Position numbers and translations under genes: made by a program | In this document: positions 1 through 12,596 of the stretch, one piece after another | How the letters are laid out: each line of letters starts with the position of its first letter | Position numbering within the stretch: the first letter of the stretch is position 1 | Assembly: GCA_051294375.1 (NCBI GenBank) | Contig: CM119266.1 | Coordinates: forward strand, 14,001,614-14,065,613 | DNA from: Paraspadella gotoi | Lineage: Eukaryota; Animalia; Chaetognatha | Direction of reading: 5' to 3' | DNA: 64,000 nt | The notes under the pieces: model-generated | Told to the model about the DNA's origin: nothing | Database searches by the model: none | The model's input: the letters and a program-made list of their open reading frames with translations, nothing else

Positions 1-950
1 TTAGACATAATTCATGGTAGAATAATTTTAAACAATATTTTTTTTAACAAATAACAAGTGAAATTTTTACTATTAAAAAATTGTAAGATTGTAAGATTTA
101 AAAATCGTTCGAGTGGAAATGAGTTAAATAAAAAAAAAAACAAAAACCTTTTTCCCTATTGCTTTTTTTTTTATTAAATATAAATACAAGCTGCATTAAT
201 TATTCAATTAACAATTATTAATCAACAATCAATTAACTAAACAACTAATCAATAAAAATCACTTAAAAAATTAATGAATCAATTTTTTTTATCAATCAAT
301 CAATTAAATATAAATAATTTTTTCATCAAATTAATTAATAAATTATTATCATAAATTATTAAAAGACCATTAAAATTAATCAATCAATAAACATGTCAGT
401 GTTATATGTCATCTCCACGTCGTTGTTGCTTTTACCTGACAAAAGACCTAAAATTAACAGCCTGATATGAATTTATTTTATCTGATCAATCAATCATTCA
501 ATTATCATGATGGGCTATCTCGTGTCATCATAATCATCATAGCGGTATCATTTTTGTCATAATGAAAGAACAAAAAAAACAAGTTTTGAGCTAACAATGC
601 AGAATAATCAGTTAATTAATTATTCAATCAATGAATAAAATATTCAAATAAATCAATTCAAAAAATTAAGCAATCAATCAATTTGTCCATCGTCGGTATT
701 ATCTATTGTCGTGGTTGCCATCATTAATTATTTAATTAATTAAACTCCTTTATCTTGTTGTACGTTGCAAAAATATATCTTTATTATTTATTTATCCCTG
801 GTTGTTTTGTTTCCTCTCTCTCTCTCTCTCTTTAACAAGTTCACTTCTTTTCAAACTCACTCAATCTGCCCTTACCTTCACTGTCCTCATATCTGACCAC
901 TATCTGTCTCGCCACTTTGTTGGAAAAACTTTTTACCCTCTCCTCCTCTT

Positions 951-987
<37 letters not shown>

Positions 988-2915
988 ACACTCTCTTTTA
1001 CACAATTTTATTATTGAATGTCATATGCTGATGACAGTTGAAGTAACAAGCCGAAACAATGTCAACTATAATTAAAAATCGTTGTTAGCAAATTCAAAAT
1101 CTTTTGCTTTCTCCGTAAATTAGATTAATTGAATATTTTTATAATGTTGCGGTGACTCAACAATAAAATTTATAGAAAAATTTGATGCGTGTATTTTGTG
1201 ATAAAGAAAACTGGTATTATCAAAACAGTAAATAAAGTAAATTGATAAAAAATATAACAACAACAACAGTATTACATTGGCTGGAAAAAGGTCAGCCATA
1301 ACAAGATTGGGTAAAACAGGTCAATTCTTATTGAACACTACGTCGACGGATCCCACAAAGTACAAGACTGTCGTCATCGTTGTTCGTCATTGTATTCATG
1401 CGTCGTTGTGCATCTTTGTTCAACATCCATTTGAGCTCCCAAATGTTCGATGTTATTATTTAATTATTAATATGTAATTTATTAAATCATTTTTTTTAAA
1501 ATTAAATAATCATTAATACCGCTAATGATCGTGGCAGATCCGGCATTGTTTGCTCAAAACTTGGTTTTATAAGTAATTGTTTGAGTTTACTTTATTTTAT
1601 ATATTTTTTTTTTTGCTTTTTTGTTTCCATTGCAAGAGGGTAAGAGAAGAAAGAAATAGAGAGAGAGAGAGTGTGTTAGAGGATTTAAGTATGTATAAGC
1701 TAATAAGTTAATGCAATTATTTGCCGAATAAAACAGATCAATCCTTTTGGTTAACTTGTTTATATACATGAAAAATGTTATGGATTTAAAAAAAAAAAAA
1801 CTTAAAATTTAAGAAAAATACATAAAAGTATAAGAATTAAAATTGTTGAGTTTTATAGAATTAAAAAAGTTAATTTAATTTTAATTTACTTAATGTACAG
1901 TTTTTTTCAATAGAAAAAATTTTTTTCAAGCTCAGATTTTATTTGAAATATAATTAAAAAGAATAAATGAAAAATAAATATGTAATTTTTTCATAGATTC
2001 TCCACAAAGAGGAAGAAGAGAAGATAACAAGTGAAAACTAACAAAAAAAAGAGAGACATGAAGGAATAAGCTGAATAAACAAAATGATAGGAGCATACAA
2101 TTTTAAATGTTGAAAATAAATATTTAAAACAATTTTTAAAAGAAAAATCAAGAAAGAGCAGGGTGTGCAAAGATTTTAATACATAAATACCTTCATTTCT
2201 AACCATAAAAACAAAGACCAGGAAGCGAACACGCAAGGTTATTATAGCTTCCGCGGTTCATCCTTTATTCTCAATTTTTTCTATTCGCTCCCGGTTCGGG
2301 TTCTGCAAAAATCGAGGCCCGCTTTCCACAGGTTCGCGTTACGCTTTCGGATCGCGTCCACATCTCTGCTTTTCTTTATGCGTCTTCACTCCTCAGATAC
2401 AATATCCCCAAAAATATAGGAAGGTCCAGCTCTTATGGGACTAACTTCAAGTGCTTACAGCACAAAAACGGTTTTTAATAGAAGAAAAAAAAGGGACATA
2501 TTGGGAAACTAAGTCATCTTTTCGCCAAGTTTCTGTTAGGAGATGGGATCGTCTGCTGTCGCAATCTACTCGCAATGGGCGTGGCCCTCGCTCAATTCCA
2601 TCGATTAGACGCCGGAAATTAAAAGCGGAAACGACGATTAACGTCATAAGCGGCGTCGAGCCGCCGACCGCCTCATTAGCGGCGCGAAAGTCCTCGTCAC
2701 GAAATCCGAGTGGGAGTGAAAGCTATTAAAAGGACGCCGCTTGCGACGATGACGACGAAGATGACGTCCACAACGACGACGACGACGAAAAACTACGACG
2801 ACATCTGCGTGGGCGCCTCGTCTTCGTGAAATCGACGAAAAAAAGAAATAAAACAGAATGACGGAAATGGATAAATAGAGACTGACAGCGAGGACGAAAA
2901 CTTGTCGACGATGGC

Positions 2916-2978
2916 GACGAAAACGTCAACGACGATGTCGACGAAAATGTCAACGACGATGTCGACGAAAACGTCAAC
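2916..2978 (+). repeat. 24-bp minisatellite GACGAAAAYGTCAACGACGATGTC (about 2.6 copies)
   Basis: Seen directly. Confidence 0.8.
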
Positions 2979-3824
2979 GCCATTTGCGTGGGAGACTCGT
3001 CTTCATCGAATCGAAGTAACAAAATCTCTCAATGGATGACGACAGATGGCAAAAGATGAAAACGATTGTTTAGAAAATGTCGATGACCACGTTAGTAACC
3101 ACAACCTCAAAAGCAGGACAACCATTCGAAGTCAATAACAACGACGAGCGGTTGGACTTTAGGGTTCATCGACCTCAGATGAAGGATTTTCCCTGACTTT
3201 TTATGGCGGAAGGAAAGAAACTTTGTCTTGATCAGAGGCCGTCGACCTGCTCAGGAAAAAAAAGTTAATTAACTAATGTTTAATTATAAAATACTAATAA
3301 ACTAAGAAGTACGAAAAACGTCAGGAGACTGCCTGATTTTTTGTATTGATCTTATTTATTTTTTTCATCACTTTTACATTACAAATTTTTATAAATACCT
3401 GTGATAAAAATTGCTAAAGATTCAAGGAATTGTGTCACTCGCCTTCGTATTTTTCTCTGTTTGTTTAGTCAATTCCATTTTCTTCCTACGCAAATCTAGC
3501 GAATATACTGTACCAAGTTGAGTCGTCGTCGTCGTCGTCACGAGTCGGATTAGTTGGCCAAGAAAGTCCCCCTCTGCAAGTCCGATTGTTTGTTGTCTTA
3601 AATTCCTCTTAGTCTTACCTAAGACTTTGGACCCCACAAGATCGCGAACTCCTCCTCCTCTTCCTCTTCCTCCTCCTCCGCCTTCATATATTGGATTAGA
3701 AATTGATCTTCATTCGCCTTCCTTCTATATCCTAGTAATGATCCGGTTTATTTCTTTCCCTCTGGGTTGAAGAAAACAAATCAGGTTTTTTTTTCTTGAT
3801 TTGGTCAGATAAAGAGAAGCTCTG

Positions 3825-4137
3825 TGGATAAGGCGCTAAGTGGGCTGAAGATGACTATCCGTAACTTCTATAACCCCCTCTAGCAGCCATGGAACAGGTC
3901 CTGGGCTGGGAGGGTTGAGGTTGAGGGTTTTCCACGCCCCTAGGCGGCTTACGGCCGTCCTCACGCTTCCCGCGGGGTAGTTACCGGGTTGGGATGGAAC
4001 CCGGTACTTAGTTGTCATGAGCTGATGGCTTAACTCAATGAGCCACCGGGTCACAACTGAAAGTGTCATGCTTATAGGCGGGGTGAACCCCGACTACAGC
4101 TCTCTCCGAGGATGGGTTGCGACTTGGCCGGGCAGGG
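3825..4137. other. GC-rich multi-hairpin island: candidate retrotransposon 5'-UTR/SINE or structured ncRNA
   Basis: Stems TACCGGGTT/AACCCGGTA, GGCGGC/GCCGTC, AGTTGT/ACAACT enclosing TGGCT/AGCCA, and CGGGG-TGAA-CCCCG. Sharp compositional contrast with the flanks. Confidence 0.4.
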
Positions 4138-4308
4138 AGAGGGTGAGGAAGAGTAAGACCGAGAGACAGACAGAGACAGAGAGAATCGTAAACAAAAGTC
4201 TGTAACTTAGTAACGATGATTGACAATAATAGAAACGCGCGCACGTTAAAACCACTGGAGCTGAGAAGAGAAAAAAAGCGACAGACTTTATATAAGAAAA
4301 CAATTTCT

Positions 4309-4392
<84 letters not shown>

Positions 4393-4809
4393 GTCTCTCG
4401 ACTTTAACGGGTTTTCCGTCGCTTCTGTTGACGGTTATCCCTCGTAATTCGGTGACCTCGACCGTCGGCTTTTGTGATCCCTCCATCTCGGGTCGACTCT
4501 GTCGTCAGGTGTGTTAACCGAGGGGCGGAGAGGGGGGGCGGGAGGAGAATCTTGTCTTTGGTCGAGGAGCGCGATTTAATCAGAGAAACGAAGTTGATTT
4601 TAAAGACTTTTCATATTCCAGGAGACACAAAGCGGAGACACGAATCGCAACTTTTAACTCAGATCATCAAGTTTGCACAAAGCGCTTTACTTATATGGTG
4701 TTTTTTATTAAATTCAATTAGCTTACATTGATTTTTTTTTCACAAAAAAAGAGCTTAATGACCACCCAGATTACATGGAATAAGTCCTTTCTTTTTCGTT
4801 GCGTTAGCT

Positions 4810-4896
4810 TTAGACAAAAAAAGCGAATATTCGAATGGCAACAACGAATAAAAACAAATCGTTGTTGACATTCGAATTTTCGCTTTTTTTGTCTAA
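4810..4896. repeat. 87-bp near-perfect hairpin (MITE-like foldback)
   Basis: Arms TTAGACAAAAAAAGCGAATATTCGAATGGCAACAACGA and TCGTTGTTGACATTCGAATTTTCGCTTTTTTTGTCTAA, two mismatches, 11-nt loop. Confidence 0.8.
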
Positions 4897-5383
4897 TAGA
4901 AAACTAATTAACGTTTCAACGAGCTATATCGGTTCTTTAATATGGGCGATACTACTCGCACTAATTAACTAAAAACCGATATTTTTATAAAACTCAATTT
5001 TCTAACCTCATTCAAGCTAAGTTGACGATTTTTAAAAAATCCCGCGATTTTCTAACGCGATTCTACGCATATCACGTCGATGTTGTTACGCTCTCTTCTT
5101 CCATTCGTTTTGATTTTAATGGATGAGTTTTTTTTTCCATTGTGCCGTCCTCTTCTCCAGCTGAGCAAATAAATCTCTTAAGCCTGATATATTTTTTTTT
5201 ATTTATCGCGATCTGTCTCTTTTGTTAGTGGTTATGTTCCTTGTGGTTTGAAACGGCTTATCCGAAGTCCTCGAAAAAATACTTATCGTATGCACTTTTT
5301 TGTTTTGAGAGCCTCTTTTCTTTATTTGTTCTGTCTCTCTCGCTCTGTACCAGTTTCGTTGAAAAAAAACCTCTTTCGCTTTC

Positions 5384-5510
<127 letters not shown>

Positions 5511-5643
5511 AAAAAAGAAGAAAAATAAATTATCAAGATTAGTCGGAGTTCGAAAATCAAAGAGAACCGAAGTCAAGATAGAGACAAGACGCTTACTTAA
5601 ATTTTCCACCTTTTCTTTTTTATTTCTTATTCTCAGATTGAAG

Positions 5644-5681
<38 letters not shown>

Positions 5682-6201
5682 TCGACTAGTCTTCTTCTCA
5701 TGACTCATTGGCGCAACCTTGAGTTCCCCGGTGCAGAGCGTTGTTTGAGAGAACCACACAGCTTTTGTTTTAAGTTCGCGATAACAAAAAAAGAAATATT
5801 TGACTTGGTTCAACACTGAGAAAAGTTCAAACAAGGTTGCTGAGTAAAAAATCTCATTTTTGGGACAGGTACGGAAAATTTTTTCTTTCTTAAAATTGAG
5901 AAGAAAACTTGCGGTAGTAAATGAACCGCGTTCTGTTTCCCCTCCTTGTCTTTTGTTCGGAATTTCAGTTCTATATTTTACTTCTTAACGTATTCTGCAT
6001 AAATTAACTTTTCTCTGGTGATTCTGAGTCTTCTTTTTTTTTGTTTCTTTTTATTTTTCTTTAATTTCTTTTCTCGTTTTCTTTTTACGTCCTCTATGGT
6101 TGATGGCAAAACTAGCGAAAAAAAAACAATTTAACGTTCCATCCCTGGCAATGTCTTAATCTTAGAATAAATTAAAAAAAAAGATTTCGTCCTACAACCA
6201 G

Positions 6202-7083
6202 ATGTCCTGCAATTGTATTCATATCAAGCTGCGCGGAGGTCAGCTACGGATGATAAAGCGATTGAGCATTATTTGCCGGTAAACTAAACTAATTGATTTA
6301 AAAAGTTTTCGCCAACGTTTTAAATCCTCGTTTTAAAAACAACAATATAGTAAACGTAACCATATTTTTTTTTCACTCCATCAAAACTAAATTTCTAATG
6401 CCAAGCAGTTAAAGAAAAAGTTTTTCCTACTCCCGGCCGCTGATATTTCCAAGCCTTTAATCTCCTCGGCCAATGAGCGAATCTTTTCTCTTTCCCCTTA
6501 AATTGTCTCAAATTAACTCAACTCCGATCGCTTAGTTTAATTCCGTCGGCGTCGGAGGCGATTTCCTCGATCGCGGATGGAGGCCAAGAAAAAAAAAACC
6601 TTTTTCCCATTTCGAAGCGAAGCCGACGTCGATTACTCGTCGTTGTTGTCGTTGTTGTTGTATTTTTGGCCTAATAACAGGTGTCAAGAACATCTCGGTT
6701 TTGTGAGTGTTAATTCTTCGTTGACGCCGGCCGAAAATAATAAACTGGTCAATTTTAAAACTATTCACCTCAAAAAGAGAAAGTTTTGTTTCTCCAAACT
6801 AATAAGTCACTTTGCAACGTCGGAATGTTTCCTTCTTCTTTCTGGAATTCGGCAAAACGTCGTTCCATTCTCCATTCACCATTCATCATTCTCGATTCTT
6901 CATTATCCATTCTTCATTCATCATTCTTCATTCTCCATTCTTAATTCCTCATTCTTCATTCTCCATTCCTGTGGACGTTTACTACTTCCTATTTTATTTA
7001 ATTATTAATATATTTCCCTTTCTCCTTTCTTCATTCACTATTCTCTTTTCCCCTCTTTATTTTTCAATTTTCTCAATTGTCTA

Positions 7084-7165
<82 letters not shown>

Positions 7166-7351
7166 TCTACTCGCTCGATTGTGTCTTTGGGTGAGTCTAC
7201 TTTCAGACCAAAATTGTTTTTCTCGTCGCCGACAGGCGTCCCCGATCTTCTCCACCCCACCCCAAACCTTAGCGCCCATCTTCACCCAAGCCTCTCCGCC
7301 CCAACGTCGTCGTTTGAAACGGTGACAACAGTAACGGAGTTACGAAAGTGA
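6202..7351 (+). CDS. Candidate 3' exons of a small-exon gene, unknown product
   Basis: Exons 6202-6278 (CCAG|...|GTAAAC), 6681-6702 (CTAATAACAG|...|GTGAGT) and 7236-7351 join in phase: DVLQLYSYQAARRSATDDKAIEHYLP-VSRTSRF-CVPDLLHP...TELRK-stop. A second frame is also open through these exons. Confidence 0.25.
6864..6968 (+). repeat. Degenerate 7-mer tandem array (CATTCTT/CATTCTC)
   Basis: Seen directly. Confidence 0.75.
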
Positions 7352-7443
7352 TTCCGACGTCGGAATAAACGGCCCCGCGGTCGTTTCACTGGGAAGACTG
7401 AGCCAATTCCGTCGAGGGACAACGACGATAGTGAATCGTGATA

Positions 7444-7480
<37 letters not shown>

Positions 7481-8090
7481 TTAAGATGACGACGGACGGT
7501 TAACGAAGAATATAGTAATACGTCGAAAACCATTAATCGATCAGTACACATCAATATCTTAATAAACCTAAATTCAATGATGTAAGATGTAAGAAGTCCG
7601 ATTGAAGTCGAAGCAGAGAACATTGTAAATTTGACATAGAATTAAACCTTATAAGATTATGACATTAACGTCTATAGCCGAACCACCTCGCACTTCGTCA
7701 GTTGTTTGAAACGAGCTAAGCCTCGAGCCAAGCCCGGCCCAAAATTCCAAAGATTGAAAAGTTAAAAGATGAGAGACATCGGCACGCGACCTCGGTAATC
7801 TCGTTAGCGCTAATTATCGAAAATCGCATTCGCCACTCGCCCCCCCCCCAAAAAAAAAGTTGAAATAAGTATAAAATACGTAAATTTTAAAAATATATTG
7901 AAAACAATTAGATCTTAAATTTGGTCGCCACGAGAGGGCGGATGACGAAGGCGCGGGAAAAGGAAGAATCTATGAGTGGGATTGTTGTGGTTGTTGTGGT
8001 TGTTGTGGTTGTTGTGGTGGTTAATATTATAGCAGAAGTTGTTGTTATAGCTATTTTCGTTCTCGGTGAAAAAGTGTAATAAAAGTTAAT

Positions 8091-8185
8091 TTATAAAATG
8101 CGGATGTCAGACGTGCAGAGAAGTCGATCCGAAGCCTTCAGGGTGCCCTCGTCATACTCGACGATGAAACCGAAGTTCCAATATC
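8091..8185 (-). CDS. Candidate terminal exon, possibly of the minus-strand gene above
   Basis: CTTCAG acceptor followed by (x)YWNFGFIVEYDEGTLKASDRLLCTSDIRIL-stop. Linkage to upstream exons not established. Confidence 0.25.
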
Positions 8186-8397
8186 CTGAAGACTAGGATG
8201 TGAACATTGTAAGACGTGGCATGTGGCATGATTGATTGACATACTGGTCGTGGTGAGGAATGCATTAAATGGGCAAAGAAGTAGGTGAATGTATACCTCT
8301 GACTTGGATGAATAACAACTACAAAAAGGAATCTCCTGATAGGAAAGACAACCATTTCCTTTCTCTTTCCTTGACGCAGCAAATCACGAGAGAGAGA

Positions 8398-8494
<97 letters not shown>

Positions 8495-10278
8495 CATACT
8501 TTTTGTTATCTCGAATAAATTATTTAAGGCGGAGATAAATTCATTAGAGAGACGCCCAGTTTTTTCGACAAAAGAATTTTTTTTTAATAGGATATACCAG
8601 TTTTTTTTTTCTCCTTTTCATTTTAGTTTTCTGATGTTTTTTTGTATTCTCGATCTCCGTATATTTTCTTCTTCTTCTCTTTATTTATTTTATTCTTTTT
8701 TAAATCCTTATCTTCAGCGAGGAGGAAGAGGAGGAACACAGGGTGATACTTTTAATGCTTAATTTATTTATAGTAAAATAAACCGTCGCTTATTATTTGG
8801 GACACGTAATTTAATCAAATTCAGTGTTTTAGATAATAAACAAAAGGTAAAACCGTAAATGGAACAAATATTCTTTGTCAAACATAGCTTGATAAATATG
8901 ATACTCTCTCTTCAATTAGCCTAGTAATTATATTATATTTACTTCAAAATATGTCATTCTGAAGTCGCCAGTTCAAGCACCAAAAAGTGTTTATTTTATT
9001 ATGCGAATCCATTTCTATTTATTTATTTTTTGATCAGCAAAGCTTCCGCACCACGAAATTTTATTAAAATACTAATGCTAACACGATATCAAAAAGAAAA
9101 AAAATTACAAAAAACTAACCATTTTTTAACGTTTCTTTCGATTAAAAAATCATCATTTACCCCAGCGTCATGACTCTTAAGATAAGCGTTTTCTTTTTTT
9201 CTTTTTAAAGTTTCTCAGTTAATTCTTTTTATGCAAATGAGTTTTTGAGACGAATGTTTGTTTTCCTTAATTTTACCGTCTAACGCGACGCGTGCTTCGG
9301 AATGGCGATCTAAATATCATTACATATATATATATATATTGCTTTTTTTTCGTAAAAAAAATAAAGAATTCATTATCCTGTGTTAATTTTTTTTTATTCT
9401 TTTCACTGCAGAGAATAAAAAATAATGTCGTCGCATTTCATTTATGAATACGTCAGGGAGAAGAAGAGACAGAGAAAGAAAGAGAAACAGAAAAGATAGA
9501 AAGAAAAAAAAGAGAATCCACCCCAAAAAAAATACAAAACTAGTTAGACACCACGAAAAAAAAAACACAAAAAAAAAAACACACAAAAAAACGAGGAAGT
9601 AAAGAATCCGTTGGCAATTCGTTGACCTTCGTTCTGACCCGAGGAGCAGAGAAGAAAAAAAAACCCTGAGAAGCCACTTATTCAAAAATCGGTTTTTCCT
9701 TCTTTAGGCTTCTTCTTCCGGGTTAATGTAAATTTAGAGGAATATAAATGAGTCTGAGAAATAAAGAGATCGAGGAAAAAGAATTCAAAGAAACTCATGG
9801 ACGAGCAAACAAAAGTGGGAAAGAGGGGGGGAGTATTTCAAGGTGAACTTTTCCGAACAAACCTTTTCTAATTTTAACAAGCGAGTTTGTATTTTCCATA
9901 TGAATTATAAAAATAAATTTTGGAAGTATTCTTAAACTAAAACAATCTTTTTTTCTCAATTGTCTCAATGACGTTACCCATTTTATTATTTCTAATCTAC
10001 GCTTCTGCTATTCATCTGCTCCAGTTACAACAATATCTTTTCTTTTTTTTTTTAATCTTTTTATTTTTTTTTTAAATATCTCTCTTTACCTCTTTTCCGC
10101 CATTTTTTTCTGTTCTTTTCTTTCCTTCTTTCCTTCATTTTTTCTATACTCATTCTCCGTTTATTTGTTTGTTATGTACGTATGTATATTGTAAGAACTT
10201 TTTCTCTTGCAAACTTTTCAATCTACTTTCACGAAAACATTTTACCTCATTTCTTCTTATATCTCATAGAAATCTCCC

Positions 10279-10309
<31 letters not shown>

Positions 10310-10359
10310 CCTCTCTCCCATTCAACCGACCCCTGCCCTCATGCCTCCCGAAGGCGAAC

Positions 10360-11681
10360 CTGGTCCCCGAACCGGCGTCAATTTCATCTCTCGGATCTCG
10401 TATGGTGTGGGAGCGGCCCCTGACCTTTGACTCTCTCTCCCTCTTTCTTTCTTTGCTCTTCTCTCTCTGTCACTGTCACTGTCTCTCTCCCGTGTCATTG
10501 TGGCGACTTTTCTTCTTTTCTCCAAGATATTTTTTACTAGATTTTTTTGTAATATTTTTTTTTTTGCCCTTTTTCTTTCTGAATTTTTTCTTTCTTTTCA
10601 TTTTCCTTTTTTTTTCCTTCCTTCGCTTCTCACCTTCCGCTTCGTTTGTTTCCTCGCCGCTTGGAGTTTTCGGAGCCAGACGGCCACGCCCAATGTCCGT
10701 CCATTCTTTCCCACGCCCACCGGCTCCACCCTTCGCCGCTCCTATAGATCTTTTTTTTTTTGCTCCAGGCGAACCTTTTGCTCCACGTGATCCCCGGTGA
10801 TCCGCCCTGCCGCCGCCTGTCACCTCGAGCGACGAGGCCTCAAGGTCAACGTTAACCAACGAGAAGGAGATTTCTTTCCCTTTTGTCATTTGTCTTTTCT
10901 TTTTTTTCTTTTCTTTTTTTTTTTTTTTGTCTTTTGCTTTTTCCTCTTGTTTCCTTTTTTTTAAATTCTGTTTTTGTCTCATACTTTTTAGCTTTCTTTT
11001 CGTTTTATTCGTTTGTTTTTTGTTTTTTTTCCTTTAGTTTTTTCGCTCTCACGTTTGTCTTCTCATTGTTCCCACTCTCTTTTCAATTTTTTATGTTTTG
11101 ATTTTCCCTTTCGGTATTGTCATTTACACTATGTATTTTTCGTAGATTTTGTCTTCGATTCGCACTTTATTTCTGTCTCTTTGATGTCTGCTCTTGGCGA
11201 TGTGAGTCAGAAACATTTTTAACAAATTACGCTAATAAGATGGATACACCTGACTCCATTTGGTTCATGCTATTCAATCTTCTGCACTCTTCTCTCTCTC
11301 TCTCTTCTCCTCTCTCATTCTCTCATCTTCTTCCGTCTCTCTCTCTCTCTCTCTCTCTCTCATCTCTCGTTTCTCTCTCTCTCTTTCCTCTCCTGGACGA
11401 TGAAAGTGAGTCAGAGTTCGCTTCTTCGCATCCGCCGGTTGTTCCGATTTGCATAGTTTGCAATTTGCATAATGCCGTCGAGATCTCTCTCGATTTTCCC
11501 CCCGAAGAAAAAAAAATAAATGACTTAAGGCGATTAACTTTTTTTCTCCGTCCCGCGCATGATTTTTTGGGGGTTTTTATCCAGGTTTTCCAATTTCCAA
11601 CTTTTAGCCTTTTTTTTTTTCTTTTGCCTTTTTTGAGGGAAATTGAGGTAAAAAAAAATGAAAAGGAAAAAAAGAAAAAAA

Positions 11682-11773
<92 letters not shown>

Positions 11774-12596
11774 AAGAAAGAAAGAAAGAAAAAAGTCAAA
11801 CGAAAGTATATGAAAAAGTGCCGAAATATCATCATCCAGCTGTGACTTGACGTTGGCATCAGATCGCATTTCCTGTGCACTGATAATTTCGTTGCTACGG
11901 GGACGATAACAACAACAACAACAACCAGCTTCCTCCTTAGCAACGCCCTTAAACCGTCGTCAAGGTGACCTTCCTACGTTCGTCTGCGTATGATTAAACT
12001 GCGCGAAGTTGCTTCGCGAGTTTCGACGAAGAGGCGTACAGTCGTTCAGTCGTACAGCCGTACAGTCGTACTCCATTTGTTTTTTTTTTTTGGAAAACCA
12101 AAGAAGAATTTATTTTAAGAAACTTTGAATTAGTTTTATTTTAAAGAGCGAAACTCTTGTTCTTATTATCATTAATTTCATCGTTTTTCCTATGTTCATA
12201 ATTGTTATCATATAATTTAATATTGAAACATGATAGGATTTTATTAAATCTCTTATCTCTAAAGAATAGTATCCCTTTATTATGAGGTTTTCAAACGGAA
12301 ATCTTAAAAGTGTATCTTTCTTTACTTGAATTTAGTAATATCATTCAAATCTAAGTTAAATTATTTTAAATCCAACACCAAACCATTCCATACCATTCTT
12401 TTCATTGCTCTCTCTGAAACGAGACACTAAAAACTCGACGCCCCCCCCCAAAATAAAAACAACTTTACTTTCTAACTTTTCTTTTGGAATCAACTTTTCT
12501 CTTCTCTTCTCTTCTCTTTTCTCTTCGCCTCGTGGTTTATGATCCGTGGCGGTGGTAACGACGACGTTGCGTGATTCGACCGCCGACGCGCGCCAC
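10360..12596 (-). CDS. Candidate multi-exon gene of unknown product (internal exons)
   Basis: Phase-consistent hand-built exon chain: 12596-12529, 11983-11970, 11894-11802, 11488-11393 (or 11399), 11281-11250, 10879-10824, 10741-10634, 10424 to about 10360. It gives ...NEIISAQEMRSDANVKSQLDDDISALFHILSEISTALCKLQ...LGVAVWLRKLQAARKQTKRKVRGRSHTIRDPRDEID... The exons are complex-sequence islands between microsatellite tracts. No family recognised. Confidence 0.4.
11681..11790 (+). repeat. (AAAG)n tetranucleotide microsatellite
   Basis: Seen directly. Confidence 0.95.

Noticed and set aside
2916-2978. CRISPR-like repeats
   Set aside because: Head-to-tail tandem units without unique spacers, no cas genes, and a eukaryotic context.
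3561-3572. GAAAGTCCCC resembling the RNase MRP CR-I motif
   Set aside because: No downstream GGGGCTYA CR-V partner was found to form the P4 helix.
3905-3935. GGGTTGAGGTTGAGGGTT as a telomeric repeat or telomerase template
   Set aside because: Does not match TTAGGG or TTAGG periodicity and is too short.
11447-11473. Two octamer motifs (ATTTGCAT) 16 bp apart
   Set aside because: They lie inside a probable coding exon, no snRNA gene is nearby, and such motifs are expected by chance in AT-rich DNA.
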